Assembly: GCA_001244265.2 (NCBI GenBank)
Contig: CDLV01000012.1
Span: 248,001-312,000 of the forward strand
Direction: 5' to 3'
Length of the DNA: 64,000 bases
From: Microbotryum violaceum
Taxonomy: Eukaryota
This document shows, in pieces, positions 53,751 through 64,000 of the stretch (the first letter of the stretch is position 1; each line of letters opens with the position of its first letter). A program made the position numbers and the translations under genes. The notes beneath the pieces are model-generated. The model was not told the origin of the DNA and did no database searches. It saw nothing but the letters and a program-made list of their open reading frames with translations.

Positions 53751-54694
53751 GCCCTGCTATTCGCGGGATTAACCTAATTCCGATAAATAAAAAGCTGTCG
53801 ACCTGTCGGTTGCGCCTGCCGGCAGGCCGCAGCTGGTAGCAGCTGGCCACGCGGCCACGCCCTGTCACGCCTTGTTTCGCCTTGTGGCGCTCGCCTCACT
53901 CTGGTCCGATCGCCTCGTGCGTTGACTCGCCCGACGTTCTTACTTGGGCACAATAGCGCTGCTGGTCACGCGTTGGTTTTCGGTTACACGACTGCACGTG
54001 TCCCACTACGCTTCACTCTCGTACGGCGGTCGTCGTCTGACCGGAGTGCAGTCGTTCCGAGTCCGACGAGTCGTGTCGCGCGCGCCCACCGACTACCGAC
54101 TGCACGACCCCGTACCCGAACCGATCACCAATTGACGGGTCTCCAGCGATTGATTGAGCCCGGTGCACCGCCTTCGCGACCGTCGCTATCACCGGCCACA
54201 CTCTCGACCCCTTTTGGATCGTCAAAGGAAGGCTCGACGTTCAAAGTACAGTCCTCGAGTGGAGAGTGGCTTCTCGACACCTGCCTGGGCTGCATCGGGT
54301 CGGCTGGGCAGTGCGTACGCGGATTGGTCGTACGAGCATCGCCATCGCACTCCTCTTGGGCTTGCAGTCGGGGCCAAGTCCGAACTAGACGTGGACTGAG
54401 GTGGGTCCGGCTTCCCTCGGCGTGCTGCTCTCGGATGGTACGACGAGCACTTGCTGCGAGCGATGTGAGGAGCGCCACGGACCACCACTGCGCGCCATCG
54501 ACAATCGGAACATCGACTTCCGTTGGATTTCTTCCCGACGATAAGGAGCTAACAGTCCACTCTGATTCTCTTCTCGCAGTGCTCTGATCCAGCCAAGAGG
54601 TGCAGCAGGCTCGTAGGATTCCTTGTAACCCGAGAGCTTCCTCGACACGCCCACCTCGCAGCTCGCAGCTCGCAGCTCGCAGCCGTCAGCCAGC

Positions 54695-57600
54695 ATGGCC
54701 TACAACCAGGGCAGCGGCAACAACCAGTACTATGCACCACCACCATCACTACAGCAACAGCGTTCCATGTCCCCGGGGCAGCTGTCCCAACTGCGCGCCC
54801 CGATTCGCACCACCTCGAACCCGCCGTCACCGTTGACCGTTGGTGGGGGGTTCGCCTTTCCCGGACCGTCTGGGCCGTCGAACCTATCGGCGTCGACTCC
54901 AGCTTCGGGATCACCTACATTTGGGAGCGATGCTCACTCCGGCGGACCTAACTCGTCCCAATCGGGCCCGTATCAAGGCACATCGCGCTTTCACCAAGCC
55001 TTCGCTGCGTCGCGCCATGCCTCGTCGTCGTCCGTCTCGAGCGACAAGTCGTTCACCTTCGCCAACCCGAGCTTTGACGACAGTAGTTCGAGCCCCACGG
55101 GCGACCGCACTTTCGATATGTTGCATCGTGAACTCATCGGGGGAGGGCAGAACGGCTGGAATCCCGAGGGGCCAGACTCTAGGGGGCCGAGTCCAAGATT
55201 CAACGGGACGGCACCTGGAGGGGCATGGGGTGTAGCGGCACGGGGCGGGAGGGTGTTTGCCGAACCACTTGAAGCGTATAGTGGCATGTCGTCGGAAGCA
55301 ACGGTGCGAAGAGGAAGCGAGAACGCGCGCAGCAATGGCTTGTCTCAAGCTACGATGAACGGGGTCGAAGCCATGCCGAACGCCGACTTTGGCAGGCCCG
55401 CTTCGATGATATACGATGGCGGTGAGGGGGAGACCGGGTTCGAATTCTTGCTCTCACCGCCACAGACTGGGTTCCAGAGCGATCGTAGTGCCACGCTCCC
55501 GACGACTGCACCTCGGTCGACCAGCTTTGGCGCCAATCTTAATTCGCAAGGAGTAGGGGACGCGACGCCGAAAGCGAAGGACCGGTCGCGCGATCGCACC
55601 TTCCCGGCGCCCTTGTTGCTCAAGACGAATCGAAGTCGACCCTTTGCTCAACCCACGACAAACCCTGCATTCCCTGGTGTTGCTCAAGCCTCTCAGCCGA
55701 GGAGACCTTCGACTTCAGCAGGTTCCTATTCGGCGTCCAGCGTCCCCACCCTCACCACCCCACTGCCACTAAATACGCCTGGCGCCACCAGCTATGCCGC
55801 TGCGAGACCTGGTGTCGCAGCCGCTGATCCCCTACCGAGCAATGCACCATTGTCGAGGTCCGCGTTCCCTTATCAACGCCATCGCCCTTCGGCCTCGTCG
55901 ACTTCCTCCATCAGCCACACCCCGTCTCAACTGAGTATGACGCATTCACCGAACGGCTCGGGTGGATCTTCGTCGATGACGGGACCGCCGTCCTTCTCTT
56001 TCTCGAATCTGCCGTCCCAAACGCCGCCGCTTACATCCTCCACCTCCACGCCTTTACTACCCGCCCTGTCAACGCCAGCCACCACCACACCAACCTCCGA
56101 TCCTCCGATAGCACCGCAGGCGTTGTTGTCGCATGTGCAGTCTCTTCGATCGCCATCTTCGTTACCAAACATATCTGCCTCACCGCAGCACTCACTGATC
56201 CGATCGACGACAGGCACTCTAGGGACCGCCATGTCATCATCGACCCTGCCCCCGGAATTTGGTGCAACTCACCAGAGAACCACATCCACCGGGTCGACCG
56301 GCTCTGATGGTGCATTAGCGGTCACGCGTGAGCGGGTTTCGCAGTCACCGACCCGATCGATGGTCCGTCCCAGCACAGCGCCTACCCAAGGATCGCCTTC
56401 CTCCAAGTCGACCCCTGTCAAACTCGAAACGGTCGACCTCTCGCACAAGCGGATTGCCGAGATCCCGCAGGAGGTCATTGACGAGCTGCGAGGCGAGGTC
56501 GAGAAGCTGGCGTTGGGTTACAACTTGCTCAAGGATCTGCCAAGCCAATTTTCGACTTTGGGTAATCGGCTGAGGTATTTGAACGTGAGGGTTAACATGT
56601 TTACTGTGTTTCCTCAAGTCGTAAGTTGACAGAGTTTCACAAGGCAGCTTTGGGTTTTTTTGTTGCCGTGTTAACATATGTACTTCCTGCTACAGTTGTG
56701 CGAGATGCCCTCACTTGAGATTCTCGACATCAGTCGCAACAAGATCAAACGCCTGCCTCCGAGTCCCGGAACTCTTGTCAATCTCAAGGTGAGTGGTGTC
56801 TATGGCTATGGGTACGTGTCTGCCAGGCTCTAATTACGCCCGTATTCTTCGGCTTCAAGGTTTTCTCGATCGCCAAGAACCGCGTCAAGCGCCTGCCGAT
56901 CTGGTTCTCCGCCTTGACGCATCTCAAAGTGCTCAAGGTCGATCACAATCCGCTCGAGTGGCCGCCGAAAGACGTTGCCGCTTTCCCGTCCTCGAGTGCA
57001 ACAAGTACAGGCAACAATAGCAAGATCGAAGATGCCGAAGAGATGCAGCGCTGGCTACCGATGCTGCTCAAATGGATCAGGGACAATTCGAGCGCCGAAG
57101 CACTTCGAGTGTCGAAGAGCGCCATCGAGGAGAAGCGGAGGAGACCGTCAGTGATCACGAGCGAAGACGATGAGCGGTCCTTCGACACGTCCCTATCCGG
57201 GTCGAATGCCCAGAGCCTGACTCGTACGCCGGCCATGACGAGAACCGAGAGTGGACGACTATTGCTCGGTGGTTCGATAACGGGTGCCTCGGGCGCTAGA
57301 CCTCGCCTCGCATCCTCATCGACCTCGGCCGGGCTTGGCAACACGACCTCGACGGACGAGCGCCGCGTCTCCCAGGTGTTGGACGGCGACGATTCCAGCG
57401 TTCGACATGGGCGTAACGCTTCCCTTTCAACCACGCAGACCCTGCAGTCGAACAGCCGATCTGACCTGCGAGGCAAGAAGTCACTGCCTGATCTGCGCCA
57501 GAGCCATGCCGTCATCCTGGCCGATCGCAGAACGGCGACAACCGTGCCCAAGTCCGAAGCGCAAGCGACGGCCGCGGTCGTTGCGGCCGCAGGTGCCGGA

Positions 57601-59648
57601 GCCGCTCTGAGAAGGCTGAATATGGACCGAACTGCTCCTGGCACATCGCACCCTAGGCCGAATCGAGCCGCCCTTTTCAATCGGTCCCGCCTCGAGGACT
57701 CGAACCACAGTTTCGACTTTTCGGATAACGACGCAACACTCACTCGTTCTCGCCCCGGCCCCATATTCACTCACGATGCTACACGGTCAGGCGACAACGA
57801 CGCGACGCCTCTCGCATCACCGCTAGGGCACGACGTCGAGACCCCTCGGACACGAGCGATGCGAATAGGTCATACGGTTGACCCGCGAGGCGTCGATGGA
57901 CTGGATCGCAATAGTGGCGCCTACTTTCGTCGACTGTCAATGTTGCCCGCCTCGACGATCTCCAAAGCCGTCCCGGCGAATCTGCTCAAGTTTGCCGACG
58001 CTATTCGAGGTTTGCTCTTCGCTCTGTCACAGATTTATTCGGCTCTGCGACAATTCGTTGTTTTCGCCTCGCAGGATCGGTTCCCGGCCCCGATCGCGCG
58101 GCTGATGTCCGCTGCCGATGAGTCCATGACGAACCTGATTAACGCGCTTGATCGGTTCGACTCGCTCTCCCGTCGCGCAGCACCGAGCTCGGAAATTGTT
58201 CGCGACATCTTTACCAGCTGTCTTGACAACGTTGCGACTTTCCATGAGCTTGTGCAAACACTCGGACCGCATCTTGGGGCGCTGATTGGGACTGCGGATG
58301 TGCGCTATACACGCACGCTCCTGCTCATGCTCTATGGTTCGACGGGTGAGATTGCGACGTCGTGGGCGGCGATCGCACCTATGTTGAGTGGCATGGCCAG
58401 CATCGTTGACGACCCCTCACTCTCGACCCTCATGTTTTCGACCTCACATAAACCGAGTCATTCGACGAACTCGAGCGGCTCGACTCGTTTACTCGTTCCT
58501 GAATCGACGTCACTATCCCGAACACGGAGCAAGTCTCGCCGACATGCTGGCTCTTTTAGCGTCGAAGATGTCCAGCTCGGTGCCGAGCTCGCGCCGTCTC
58601 CGGTTCATGAAAGCCAATCCTTTCCAGCCGAGCTGTCTAACGGAATGTTGTCAGCTTCGTCGTCGACATCGACGCTTGGTAGTTCGACAGGAGGCAGCGC
58701 GACCAACGCAACAGTCCGAGCGCTCAATCGGAAGGGACTTCGGCCCGTGGGAGGTATCACCGTTCCCCCGGCGCAGGGATATCGGGAGATGGTCAACGAC
58801 GCCTTCAAGAACCCCATGACGCCGGGACAGACTCGCGAACTGCTCCTCGAAGGAAATGCACCCTCGTTACCGAAGATCGATACAAACCTCAGCATATCAA
58901 ATTCTGCGCTCTTCAGTACCAGTTCGCTTGCATCGGCTGGGTCAGGGTCATTGAGTGAAGTTTCGGCAGGGCTCAACAGCTCATCGTCGTCGATGAAGAC
59001 GTTAACGTCTGTGTCGCCTGGACGCGGAGGAGACTCTTTCTCTTTGCCCAGGAGCGAAGGTGGACGACCTGTGTCGACAGCGAACGCCGACGCCACGTTC
59101 GTCGACATGGCCGAATCGACGGTCACCATTGCTAGGTCCATTTACGGCATGCTGCTCGACGCGTTCGACGCCTCGGACCCGTCCTCAGCACCCGTCGACG
59201 ATGACGGTGCCCGGCTCATGCGAGCTCTCGGGCCTCGCAAAGTGCAAGAACTTGCCGATCTCTGTCGCATGGGAAATGAGGCTACGTCCGAGTTACGATC
59301 CGCCCTCGGTCGGGTGCGGTCCCGCGATTCCAGGGGTCCCCTCAAGTTCACGCCGGCCGACGCGAAGAAGCTGGGTGACGATGCTTATGCTTTTGTTCAG
59401 GTAAGACTCTGTCGGGCGTCTTCACAACATTGCACCTTGTGCTGACGTTGATTGCTCTTACTCAGACCGTGATCCGATTCGCCAAACTGGTCAAAGCTAT
59501 CTCGCTCGAGCACGGCTTCGCGCCCCGAATCCGCGAGGGCGTCGGACAGCTTACGATTGCGACGCGCGAGTTCGCAAAGACTCTGAGCAACTCATCGTTC
59601 AACTTGAGGGAGACGAGGGGACAAAAGCCGATCGGGAGCAAGAACTGA
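54695..59648 (+). CDS. SOG2: RAM-network leucine-rich-repeat protein Sog2
   Basis: Long S/P-rich N-terminus, LRRs (TVDLSHKRI, KLALGYNLL, LRYLNVRVN, LEILDISRNKI, LKVLKVDHNPLEWPP), then SOG2-domain motifs YFRRLSMLP and ADVRYTRTLLLMLYGS. Confidence 0.9.
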
Positions 59649-60605
59649 TATGTACTACCTAACCCCGATGCTGTCAATTTATTCTCCAGACTGCACTCCT
59701 GCCGGCTGAGCCGGTACCTCTGAAGTCGCGGCGCATTTAGATCATTGGCATGAATTGATCCAGCCAGACCTCTTTGGCGATCTGTGTATTTTGGGCATCC
59801 CAAGAGCGGGGCCCCGCAGTAGGCTCTCAGGACGGACGTCAGACACCTTCACCTGAGATTTCATACTTATAGCAGGCATCTTGTTTAGGCTGCGGCGAAA
59901 AGCTGCTATTCAAGTAGACAACGTGGTACGTATGCGTGCTCGAAGTGGCATTGAGGCCTCTCATTCATAACTCGGCTCCGAGGCCTGGCCCCCGGTCAGA
60001 GTGACCCTCCCGTTTGCTACCCTGACAACTTTCATGACAACTTTCATGGAAGACTGGTAGAGATTTGCGTGATTGTGTTAGACTAAATGACTAGCCTAAT
60101 GGAAGGTGGGCCGATAGCATGTGCACATCGTGCAGGTCTTGTGTCATTCGGGACTTGCAGGCTAAAGAATCGAGTCCACGATCCAAGACTCAGACGGGCG
60201 AAGCACAAGCGCGCAGCACGCACACGCGAGCTAGCAAGACTCTCGGCTTCCTGGTCCCACGAAGTCCAAGATGACAGGAAACAAATGCTCTCTAGCGCAA
60301 AGTGCGGCGTCTCCCATGGTTTCTGTTCTTCTGCTGCTCCCATTGTTAGCCTGCGATGCTTACACTCCGCATAATGTAGCCTCCTTCATGCTCTTCATGC
60401 TCTTTCGTGGGTATCTTCAATCAACTTCAATAAAGCTTATTTCGGGGTTCGAGAGATATCCCGACGATTTTTAACAATCTTGCCTCTAACTGCACGGCAT
60501 AGTTAGTCATTCCCCGCGACCAGATGGGCGGTAATTCTGGGCCCAATAGACCCCTCCCAATCCTTCTACTGTTCCCAGATCCCAATTGTCGTGCAAGGTG
60601 CCTCA

Positions 60606-61211
60606 CAAGGGTCCGCATTAGATCTGATCTGATCTGACGGGGGTCAGATCAAGTTCAGATCAATCAAGCCTCGAGAAAAAAAAAATCCAAAAGTAGGCGG
60701 TACCTAGATGGTGCCATTGTGATTTGAAATGCCAACTGCGGCGCACCTGATCACTGCATGCATGAGAGAGAAAGGAGCGCGCCATCTGCCATCTGGCATC
60801 GCCGCCGCATTGGGTGTCGGCCCCGCGCCACAGAAATACTACAGGGTGTGGTCCTCCTCTGATGGGCCTTCGTTACAGTGTCAGGTGCTGACTCATTGCA
60901 AACACTTTCTCATAGGGATCATGCGACCCAATCCAGTCATAAAAGCGGAGAGCTCCTCCAAAAAGCGGCGGTTTAGCAAGGTGATCACTTTTGGAGGATG
61001 ATAAGAATAAGGATGAGGATGAGGATGAGGAAGAAGGGGGATTTCAACATGTAAACATGTAGAAGTCTTTATGTGCCAAATTAGGCAATTACATGTCTCA
61101 GATCAAATTGATCTGCTCAGATCAGATCAAGATCAGATCAATCAAGGCAGAATCAGAAAAATCCAGATCTGATCTGATCTGACCGTGATCTGATTTTATT
61201 GCGGATCCTTG
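60606..61211. mobile_element. hAT-like non-autonomous element/MITE
   Basis: TIRs CAAGGGTCCGCA / TGCGGATCCTTG; 8-bp TSD GTGCCTCA (60598-60605 and 61212-61219); dense subterminal GATCT/GATCA pentamers at both ends. Confidence 0.87.
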
Positions 61212-61333
61212 GTGCCTCAGCACATGTGTATGCAGAGGCCGAGCCGACAGCCGCCGCGGCGGGCTCGTCAAATCGGCTCTCGTGCCTCGATTGGGAGCCT
61301 GCCAGTCCCACGCCATGGGCTCCTCCGCTTCCC

Positions 61334-61922
61334 TAAGCTCGACGCCCCTCCCTTTGGGAGGGGCTTGTGAGTTATCGGCGCGTTTGGCCCAGTTGCCCTC
61401 CGAAATTTTGGCCCTGAAAAGTGCCCCACTGCTGTAGCATGGCATATATTGGTGCTATCTGAAAACTGGAGGGATACGTCTTTACTTCATCTCTATTGAT
61501 GAGGCTTCACCGAAGCTTGAAGTCTAGGAACGCTTGATCATCTCGCTACAGCAGCTTGAATCAACTGATTCCGAACGAGACGGAGGTCGGCGGACGGACC
61601 AGTCGTAGTCCAGTCCGAGGCTCGCCGATGATGAGAGCGCCAACTACATGATGCGGTCGGACCATCTGAGGCCCGATCGACCGAAATCGCAGACTTCGGA
61701 TCGCTGTAGCTCCACCCATAGCTTATGAAAGCTCTCGCCACTTGGGGAATGTCATTTTTAGAGCATAAAGAAGAATAGGGTGCCTCACTTTTGCATGAAT
61801 GTAAGTATTTGCCAAGTTACAGAAAACCACCCCAAAATGGCCCTGAAATGTCGGAGGGCATCTGGGCCAAGCGCGCCGATAACTCGTAAGCCCCTCCCAG
61901 AGGGAGGGCTTAGTTGAGCTTA
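61334..61922. mobile_element. MITE with ~75-bp TIRs and a probable 9-bp TSD (Mutator-like)
   Basis: TAAGCTC...CCCTCCCTTTGGGAGGGGCTTGTGAGTTATCGGCGCGTTTGGCCCAGTTGCCCTCCGA is mirrored at ~61845-61922; flanks CCGCTTCCC (61325-61333) and CCGCTCCCC (61923-61931). Confidence 0.82.
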
Positions 61923-61980
61923 CCGCTCCCCCGCCTGACATCACCGTCATCTACGCGCGTCGTCGTTCGCGTCCGAAACC

Positions 61981-64000
61981 ATGGACCGAGCTCGAATCGA
62001 CGAGGCGGTTAAGGAATGGCTCAGATTGGAGTGAGTAGCAAGCTGACCGAAGCTCTCACAACCCGTCCGATATGATTGCTGACACGAACGCGCTTACACG
62101 CTTACACACTTACAACCTTGTGCGCGATTGGCACTCCGCCACAGTCGGGTGAGCCCCACTTAGTGCACCACTCAGGGGCCAATGCCAACTCGGCAGCCTC
62201 TTTTGAGAGCTAGATACCGCCTGGCTGATCATCATTTCGAGGCATCGATGCACAGAATCCATACACCCGCCAAGACGTTGAAGCACTTCGAGATGCGGGT
62301 GACTACACCAAGCTAGCGAAGCGCTTCGACACCCGGATCGCCTTTGGCACCGCCGGTCTACGAGCTCGTATGCAGGCGGGGACGTCATCGATGAACGATC
62401 TCGTAGTACTGCAAGCGACACAAGGTCTCGCTTCTTACGTCAAAGAGCATGTTCCGAATGCGCTGAGCCGAGGCGCTGTCATCGGACACGATCATCGGTC
62501 TTTTGGCGGACTCAACTCGAAGCGATTCGCTCAGCTGGCCGCCGGGGTTTTCCAGCGCGGAGGGTACAGGGTGTACCTCTTTGAAGGTCTTATACATACA
62601 CCTATGGTCGTAAGTAATCGACGATGGCGGTGACTAGTCCCGCCCCGGCTGAGCCTCCTCCAATTCTGCCAATTCTTCTAGCCTTTTGCGCTGAGCAAAT
62701 TGGGCGCTGCTGTGGGACTCATGGTCACTGCTTCCCATAATCGTGAGTCGTTTACGACTCATAAAGACACTTGATTATCACTTATCGTGCCGTTCTTTTA
62801 AAAGCTGCCGCCGACAATGGCTACAAAGGTACCGTTATCCGCCAAGTCCGCCGAGCTTTTTAGCACAGCTGAACGTCTTCTTTTCCGTTCGCTTAACAGT
62901 CTACTGGGAGAATGGTGTACAGATCATTCCTCCCCATGATCATGGTATTGCAAAGCGTATTGACGAATCTCTAGAGGTCGACGAGGCGGCTTGGGATGTC
63001 GACCCGGCCAACTTCGAGTGGAGGGACACCGAGGCTCTGAAGGACGACTACATCGCGATGACGACGACGCTGATTGATCCAAAAATTGGCAGTGGGACAG
63101 CTACCGGGATCGTTTACACAGCGATGCACGGGGTCGGTCGACCTTTCGCTCAAAGGGCTTTCACTGCATGCGGATTCGACCCGAGGGAGTTCATCACCGT
63201 AGAATCGCAGGCAGAGCCCGACCCAACATTCCCAACAGTGAAGTTTCCCAATCCTGAAGAGAAGGGGGCACTCGACGAAGCGATGAAGAAAGCGGATCAA
63301 GTCGGATCGCAGATTGTGGTAGCCAACGACCCGGACGCTGATCGATTCTGCGTAGCCGAGAAAGTCGGTGCGACATGGAACGCTTTTACAGGGGATCAAC
63401 TGGGCACCTTGCTCGGCGCTTGGGTGTTGCACAAGTACAAAGCGAGTGGAAAACCAATAGGTCCGCTTCCTTGGCTGACCCGAGCTGTTGTCGAGATCGA
63501 GGCTAACTCTCAAAAGTGGGGACCACAGACAAGCTGGCAATGTGCGCCTCCGCAGTGTCGTCCAAGATGCTCAAAACGATTGCCGAGAAGGAAGGCTTTG
63601 TTTTCTGCGAGACCTTGACGGGCTTCAAATAGTGCGCAGCGCTTCTTCTGGTGGTCCCGAAACGATTCTGGTAGATGCTGACGCTGAGTTAACATCACCC
63701 GCGCAGTCTCGGTAACGAGTGTTTGACCTGGGAAGCTAAGGGCTACGAGCCGCTGTTCGCGTACGAAGAAGCAATCGGCTACTTGCACGGATCCGTCGTC
63801 CGTGACAAAGATGGTGTCACCGCCTTGGTGTCGTTTTGCGAATTAGTGGCTTACCTCGCCTCGATCGGCAAGACACCCTCGTCACGGCTTGATGAACTGT
63901 ACAATCAGTATGGCTTCTTCAAGACGAGCAACTCGTACTTCATCTGTCGCGATTCGAAAAAGACGGACCGCATCTTCTCAAAGTTGCGATTCGGCACCGA
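61981..64000 (+). CDS. Phosphoglucomutase-2/phosphopentomutase family enzyme, continues past the right edge
   Basis: RIAFGTAGLRA, IGHDHR, MVTASHNP (phosphoserine), DNGYKVYW, VYTAMHGVG, FPNPEE, ANDPDADR, ETLTGFK, FAYEEAIGY, VRDKDG. Confidence 0.94.

Larger units (their letters stand above)
42099..53751 (+). mobile_element. Mutator-like (MULE) DNA transposon with long inverted ends, containing a nested copia element
   Basis: 42099-42468 aligns in reverse complement with 53420-53751 and encloses a MULE transposase gene. No TSD found, so outer termini are approximate. Confidence 0.85.

Noticed and set aside
39619-53864. CAGGGTCGTGGC (39619) / GCCACGCCCTG (53864) as the true outer termini, with the LINE inserted in the left end
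   Set aside because: Only ~11 bp match with an indel and no TSD in the flanks; cannot be supported without other copies.
53922-54587. 221-aa ORF upstream of SOG2
   Set aside because: Non-ATG start, low-information composition and no motif; probably promoter/5' UTR.
54655-54683. (CTCGCAG)n heptamer repeat upstream of SOG2, plus the GA tract at ~2340-2450 and a 12-bp duplication at ~60023-60048
   Set aside because: Ordinary simple repeats with no evidence of function.

Overview
Intron-rich fungal genomic DNA; gene content and intron style suggest a basidiomycete, probably Pucciniomycotina/Microbotryomycetes (inference). Host genes in order: MED12 (cut by the left edge), cysteine synthase, CHD1, a PWWP protein, a PHOSPHO1/2-type HAD phosphatase hidden in short exons, a nucleoplasmin-FKBP, an ArfGAP, BRE1, a DUF4246-like pseudogene, a RING/TRAF-zinc-finger protein, a DUF4267-like membrane protein, MET3, a PRCC-like protein, a membrane spermidine-synthase-like methyltransferase, SOG2 and a phosphoglucomutase (cut by the right edge). 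Mobile elements fill most intergenic space. The main find is an ~11.6 kb Mutator-like element (about 42099-53751) with ~350 bp inverted ends built on 23-bp tandem arrays. By manual splicing, its multi-exon gene encodes one polyprotein: WRKY/GCM1-like finger + MULE DDE transposase + AT-hook + Ulp1-type SUMO protease + C-terminal Zn(II)2Cys6 cluster. A young Ty1/copia element with identical LTRs has inserted into the protease domain. There are also a decayed L1-like LINE plus a second LINE 3' fragment, and four non-autonomous TIR elements with readable target-site duplications, three of them within ~330 bp of a host start codon. All gene models were spliced by eye, so exon boundaries need confirmation.
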